Source: Blasia pusilla (taxonomy: Eukaryota). From it: a stretch of DNA of 64,000 bases. The DNA lies in NCBI GenBank assembly GCA_050084515.1, contig CM114271.1, positions 33,790,001 through 33,854,000 on the forward strand, given 5' to 3'. Shown here in pieces: positions 58,531 through 64,000 of this stretch (within the stretch, counting starts at the first letter, position 1; each line of letters opens with the position of its first letter). The notes beneath the pieces are model-generated. The model saw only the letters and a program-made list of their open reading frames with translations. It was not told the origin of the DNA and made no database searches. The position numbers and the translations under genes were made by a program.

Positions 58531-61500
58531 ATGACTGCTCAACATCTCAACACATTATCCGATATTGGTGTGCTTATGGACCAGATGACTTTCGAAACAT
58601 GGTGAAAAAAGATCTCCCCAGTAGTGTAGAAAAGGGGGAAAAGAAAGGTCCGAACAGTAGACCCCTTGCTCAATCCACATTACTTGGTACATCTATTTCT
58701 TGAGGATGTCAATGCCACTTTGCAAAGGTGGTGTATGTAGAGCGACCAAATTTATGTTTGATTCGTTGGATGCATTGTGAACACACTGACAAGAATAATG
58801 AATTTTGTCATGGGATGTTGGATAAGAGTGCAATTGTTGCAAATGCTCATATTGCATCACGTCTATCTAATAGATGTGGTGAGTTTGTTGAACGTCTGTT
58901 GAGAGTTGATATTCAGTCTGCAGACGTTCTAAACGAACACTACTGACACATCAGAGAAAGGTGTTCAAGAAGTACAGTTGAGAAGGTCATATGATTAAGG
59001 AATATGAATCTCACCATGAAAGATATTTGCAACATCATACTACAATTGAAGCTAAATTCACATCATTACAGTCCATGTGATGCAACTACAGTAAGAATGT
59101 GGGTCCAACAACATCCTGGTTTGGCTTTGTTCTATCGAAAACAAAACAAACCAGCAGGCGTTCCATTCTGCTTAGTAGTTGCAACGCCATGGATGGTTGA
59201 GAAGATTGATAAATTGAGCCAAGGAGATGCAGTGGGAATGGATTCAACTTTTGGAACCAACCTTTATGAGGTAATACATTACATCTATCCACTAATTTGG
59301 TGTCCAACCATGGACACCAAATTAGTAAATATTCTAAAATAAAATCAATGAAGTTTGGTTTAGTTCTTATTTGGTGTTAGAATCCATAAGTTTGCAATTT
59401 GAACTAATTATCTGAGTTTTCTTTTGTGTTTGAAGTTCCAAGTGTTTACACTTTTATGCTATGATGAATTCCAAAATGGAATTCCATGCGCATGGGCTTT
59501 GATGGAAAGAAACACACAAGTTGATATTGCGGAGGTCTTAAGTGCCATCAAATTACAAGTGAATCTTACAAAAGGGAAATACTTGAATCTTCTGAGTTAT
59601 GGAGGCCGTTTTGTTTCATAGTGGATGATTCCAAAGAGGAACAGGATGCAATAGAGTATGTGTTATCTGATAAATTACCCTATCATATGTGAATTTGTTT
59701 TATGTATATTTAATATAAAAAATTTCATTATATAACACTTTCAATGGCTCAGTTCTTCAAATGTGTAATACTTGTTTCCTCCATTGTATTCAAAGATGTC
59801 TTTCCGAGGATCATGATATTCCTGTGCATCTAGCACATCCGCAAAGCATGGATAAAAAAACTTGCATATGAAGGTTAGAGATCCAATTATCAAGGCTTGG
59901 ATGAATAGAGAGCTTGCTCAAGTCATGTATACCACAGATACAGGTACACATCTTTTGAAAATCACCGCCTCGCTGTTGAGAATTATCAGGCTTAGAACCA
60001 CAGATGGAATAGATCTTTGAACATTCCAATAAGTGTTTGAAGGCACATGTCGAAGGAGTGTAATGTGGAGTACTCACCTAAATCCTCTTCCTTGACTTTA
60101 CAGATCTTGTGGTATCTGTTGAAGCTTTCGTACATCGATGGAAGGTCAACAACCTGTATTTTGTGAGTACTTCCAAGCATATTGGATTCCCAAGATATGG
60201 AGATGGGCTACCCAATATCGGAGCACCATGAGGAGAGCAAACCAGAATACAATTGGTGTTTTGGAGCATTGGCATTCCATGTTGAAGACTCACTTGAAAG
60301 CTTCTAGGAGAACTAAACGTCAACGTTGCTTGTCATGGCTTTTGCATGTGTTAGTTGACATAGTAGAGTTGTACTATTGGTAAACCTCAAATTTGAAGAT
60401 GCAAGGGTATGTGGGGAATCAAATGGTGGAGAACAATATGGTCATGGCAATAAAGAATGCCAAGTCCATTCCACATGAACATGTTATGTTAACTTCCATC
60501 AATGGGAGAAAAGTTGCATTTGTGAAAAGTCAATCAAAACCCCTCTAAACTCATGAAGTCGTTGATTATGACAAGGATGACATCACCTGCACGTGCCCCC
60601 ACGCTGCTGAGGGGAACACATGTAAACATCACGTTAATTATTATTTCATCCTTGATAAATGACATAAATTTGGTTTCTGATTCGGATGTTCGAACATTTC
60701 TGAAATTGTTTATTTTTTTATACAAGTGAAGGTTCTTCTAATCCAAGGTCACTTAGAAACTGATATCCTAATGTATTTGGGTAGAAAGAAGGGGAGTATT
60801 AGGGGGGGATTGATTGCATTGATGGGTGAGGTAGTCGGGGGTGGGGAACCCGCTACTCTTGTAGACTTTAATTTCCCCATGACCGATGATAAAGGCCCTA
60901 CAGTAGTTGGAGAGCACGATTTGGTTTCATTGGTTAGAGACATGTCAAGAAAAGTAGACCATTGTCTTGTCCTCATCGACCATAGCCTTACTCTTTTAAA
61001 AGATGTTGTCCAGAAAGTCCTTGACTTGAAGGCAAAACACGAATTGAATGCCACATACTTCTCGGACAAGGAAAACACACCGCCCACACCGATGGAGAGA
61101 ATCAATGGTTCTGATTGGACTTTGATTCGAAGAAAGGAATTTTTGGAATCGGTTCTTTTCGAAAAAGGAAAAGAACCGATCTCGCCAATTCTCACATTCA
61201 ACATGATATTACTGCCCAGGCCAACCCCCTATGAAGTTACACGTTGCTCCCAAGGAAAGATTCAGCACTATGAACCAGAAGTTGGACTTGAAAGTGGAGG
61301 AGGAAGTGGATTTGGAGATGTTGTAGATGAAGTATGTTGAAAAACAGCGAAAAATCCGAGCCAAGTGAAGAAGCATTAGAAAAAAATGGAGGCTATTCAA
61401 ACTCAACGAACATTGGACCGCCTCCAACATGGTGATCAACAACAACAAGTAACCGAAGCGCAAAAGACTCAAGCAAGTTCATGTGTGAAAGCCATATTGG
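58531..61500 (+). pseudogene. SWIM-zinc-finger Mutator-like transposase, spliced, decayed, 5'-truncated
   Basis: IRYWCAYGPDDFR (~58555), DATTVRMWV, GMDSTFGTN (D1), intron 59271-59434, FTLLCYDEFQNGIPCAW, FIVDDSKEEQDAI (D2), NTIGVLEHWHSMLK (E), SWIM CTCPHAAEGNTCKH (60588-60629). In-frame stops present. Confidence 0.85.
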
Positions 61501-63595
61501 AATAAGGATTCCCTGGTGCCTCACTCCCTACACTCCACTACAAAATGTCATAACCAGGATTTGCTCCAACGTGGTCCCTAACTCCAACCAACCTGTACAA
61601 GGAAAGGAACCAAAGTGTGAAGAAAGGAAATAAAGCAAGCCTAGGAAGGAATGTTCAAACATGGAAATTAATGGCAAAGTAAGGAGCTAGATATTTACAC
61701 TAGGTACCTGAGCCATATCTCGGCTACTCCCACTGCTCCTTCCTGAAATAGTCTTCATCACAAGGATCATGCTTGCAAGAACAACATATACAGGTCATAA
61801 CCTGTGAGGAAAGAATGCCATAGACATAGAGAATAAAGTTCTCACATAGCAAGACCGATTCTAGCCTTTCTAGGTGCCTTGGTCTTAGCCCTACTACTTG
61901 GCATCACCCGTGCCTCGTAGTAGAACCACTGGCTCCTTGGTCTCCTTTGGAGTTGGCTCAAGAGTAGGGGGTTCATGTGTAGGGGGTACATCATCTGCAA
62001 CAGCTGTAGACTCCATGGTTGCTTCCATGGATGACTTTTCACTCGTTGCCTCCTCCGTGATGGTTGCATTCGCCTTGAATTTTAGTAATTTTTCCTCCAA
62101 GGCGACCTTCGTTGCTCTCATCTCATCCAATGCCTTCTCCATGGCTGATCTTTCCTCTACTGCTTGTGTCTCTGCTGCCTTCTTCTCCGTGTCTTCCTTC
62201 TTGGTTTCCCTCCTTTGCCTCTTTTCTGATTGGAAGGCGGATTCCATGTCCTCTTCATCTACAAACACTAGAAAGGAGGGATGTCAGTTCTCCTGCCCTA
62301 TACACCAAGGCAAAAAAAAGGAGGAATGATTTGGAACAATCATTTGACTATACCTGATGAACATGTAGTCTCAGCATCCTCAACATCTTTTGATAGCCTT
62401 CCTTCTTGTGTCTCCTCCTCGTCATGTGAGGTATCCGGATCTCCTCATCTATACAACCCTACATATGAAAAACATTACAGCATGTTAGTAGAGATAGAAC
62501 ATAAGTAGAATTGTGACATTCCAGTCTGAACAGTCGCTCCATAGTGTTCGAACACTGAAACAAGTGGTCACATCCAACATATGATAACCAGTAACATATA
62601 AAAAAAAAAAAGGAAATTGGCTACATTGACACAACACAAGGAAATTTTACCTACACTCTCGCCTCCTCCTTTGAAGTGCCTAAGTACTTCTTCATGCGGG
62701 CCTCAACTACTCTTTTAAGGAACCCAACCAAGACCTCCTCCTTTGAAGTGCTTAAGTACTTCTTCATGCGGGCCTCAACTACTCTTTTAAGGAACCCAAC
62801 CAAGACCTCCTCCTTGTGGCTCTTCTTCCATGCGTGGTAATCTCTTGTGGCAAGTGGCTGCCAATACTCCTTGGTCTGCATGTGCTTGTAGGTTGCAAGG
62901 CGTTCTTGACTCTCTTGATGTGGTCCACAGTCATGTTCACTTGCCCCTCTCTCTCAGGATGAAGGGCCTCTAGGTCTTCCTCTCTATACAAAGTGGAGGA
63001 AGACAATGCTCGGAACAAAGCTGAGTTAAACATTCTCGGCCTAAACCGCACGCGAAGGGTTGCTACAACCCCTCGAAGACGATACCAAGTCCTACTAAAT
63101 TCCAAGTCACCATTAGGTGGTGGCTCAGCAAGAAGTTCAGACTGAACTTTGTCACACCACTGCCACACTCGCTCATCCACAAGATAGAATTGAATGCTCT
63201 TGAGCATGTCATGCTCGCAAGCAGGATCAGAAAATGCATCCTAGGAGCTCATACCAAACTCTTGGAAGCGGTGCTAAATCAACTCAACTAACAAACAAAA
63301 AGATGAGAGATTGGGGACCTTCCCTGTGTTGCAGTAAATCTGCCACGCCCTATCAAGCGTAGCCGCCTTCGTCCTTTGGGCACACTCCTTCTTCTTATCT
63401 GCCTTGCGTTGCTTCCATCGAGCAGACACATTCCTTCGCAGGTGTTCATAGTGCTCCCTGCTAGTGGATGCAAAATAGAAATGACGTGAGTGATAGACGT
63501 TGTTGTTCAATGAGCTCGTGAATTCCATATACATAACAATTTGCGTCTAGGGGTGATGGTGTTTTCACTCGGGAAGATCTGACCGGTCTAGACAT
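61500..63595 (-). pseudogene. Spliced accessory gene convergent with the Mutator-like transposase, function unknown
   Basis: Exon-like blocks ~63595-63319, 63273-62650, ~62455-62353 and 62268-61850 with GT/AG boundaries. Basic helix, Trp/Arg-rich globular region and Glu/Lys coiled coil. At least one stop and one frameshift. Confidence 0.55.
62662..62815. repeat. 72-bp in-frame tandem duplication (1 mismatch)
   Basis: Encodes KEEVLVGFLKRVVEARMKKYL(S/G)TS twice on the minus strand. Confidence 0.95.
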
Positions 63596-63766
63596 CTATA
63601 AAAGAACAGCAAATAAATTTACATAAAATTTAGACAAAGAATGAAAGAACCATGCAAACATTCTCATCCGGAAATCTCCCTTTATTATATTATATTTTGA
63701 ACATCTGAACATTTCTCGTAACATCTAAATTGCAACTGTTCCTATCTTTTCAGAATTGGATAATTG

Positions 63767-63770
<4 letters not shown>

Positions 63771-63823
<53 letters not shown>
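63771..63823. repeat. (CT)n microsatellite
   Basis: Perfect CT run. Confidence 0.98.
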
Positions 63824-63827
<4 letters not shown>

Positions 63828-64000
63828 ACAAGCAATCCCACAAACACAAACTAGTACCACACATTGGTTAGGAAACATGACTTACATTAAATAAATTAAT
63901 ATTACAATACACAAGATTTTAGTTCCACCCACAAGACTTATCACATGAGAAGAAATTCACAGGAGACAATAAATCGTGCTATTGCTTAACATGCCCTAAT

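Overview
Eukaryotic nuclear DNA from a land plant. Evidence: spliceosomal introns, a plant full-size ABCG/PDR gene and Arabidopsis-type TTTAGGG repeats; the TE families suggest a non-seed plant (inference). Two intact-looking host genes can be reconstructed: a 9-exon PI31/PTRE1-like proteasome regulator (+, 11517-14342, 306 aa) and a 22-exon ABCG/PDR transporter (-, 32768-20699) that uses two GC-AG introns. A small orphan single-pass membrane ORF lies at 18059-18502, next to a core-plus-variable-linker tandem array. The rest is decayed, nested TE sequence: a Copia (1-5903) with a 1883-bp solo LTR inserted in gag (4-bp TSD); two SWIM-type Mutator-like transposase relics, the second with a convergent accessory gene; a second Copia (46465 to ~49.9 kb); and a minus-strand non-chromovirus Gypsy (50724 to ~58530) with three zinc knuckles and a long extra ORF after pol. 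The most striking signal is at 46368-46464: the second Copia is cut inside its gag zinc knuckle and capped by 11 outward-facing telomere repeats that meet an inverted telomere copy head-to-head. Fold-back palindromes recur at several other junctions. No rRNA, tRNA or CRISPR was recognised. All calls are by eye; no database searches were run.
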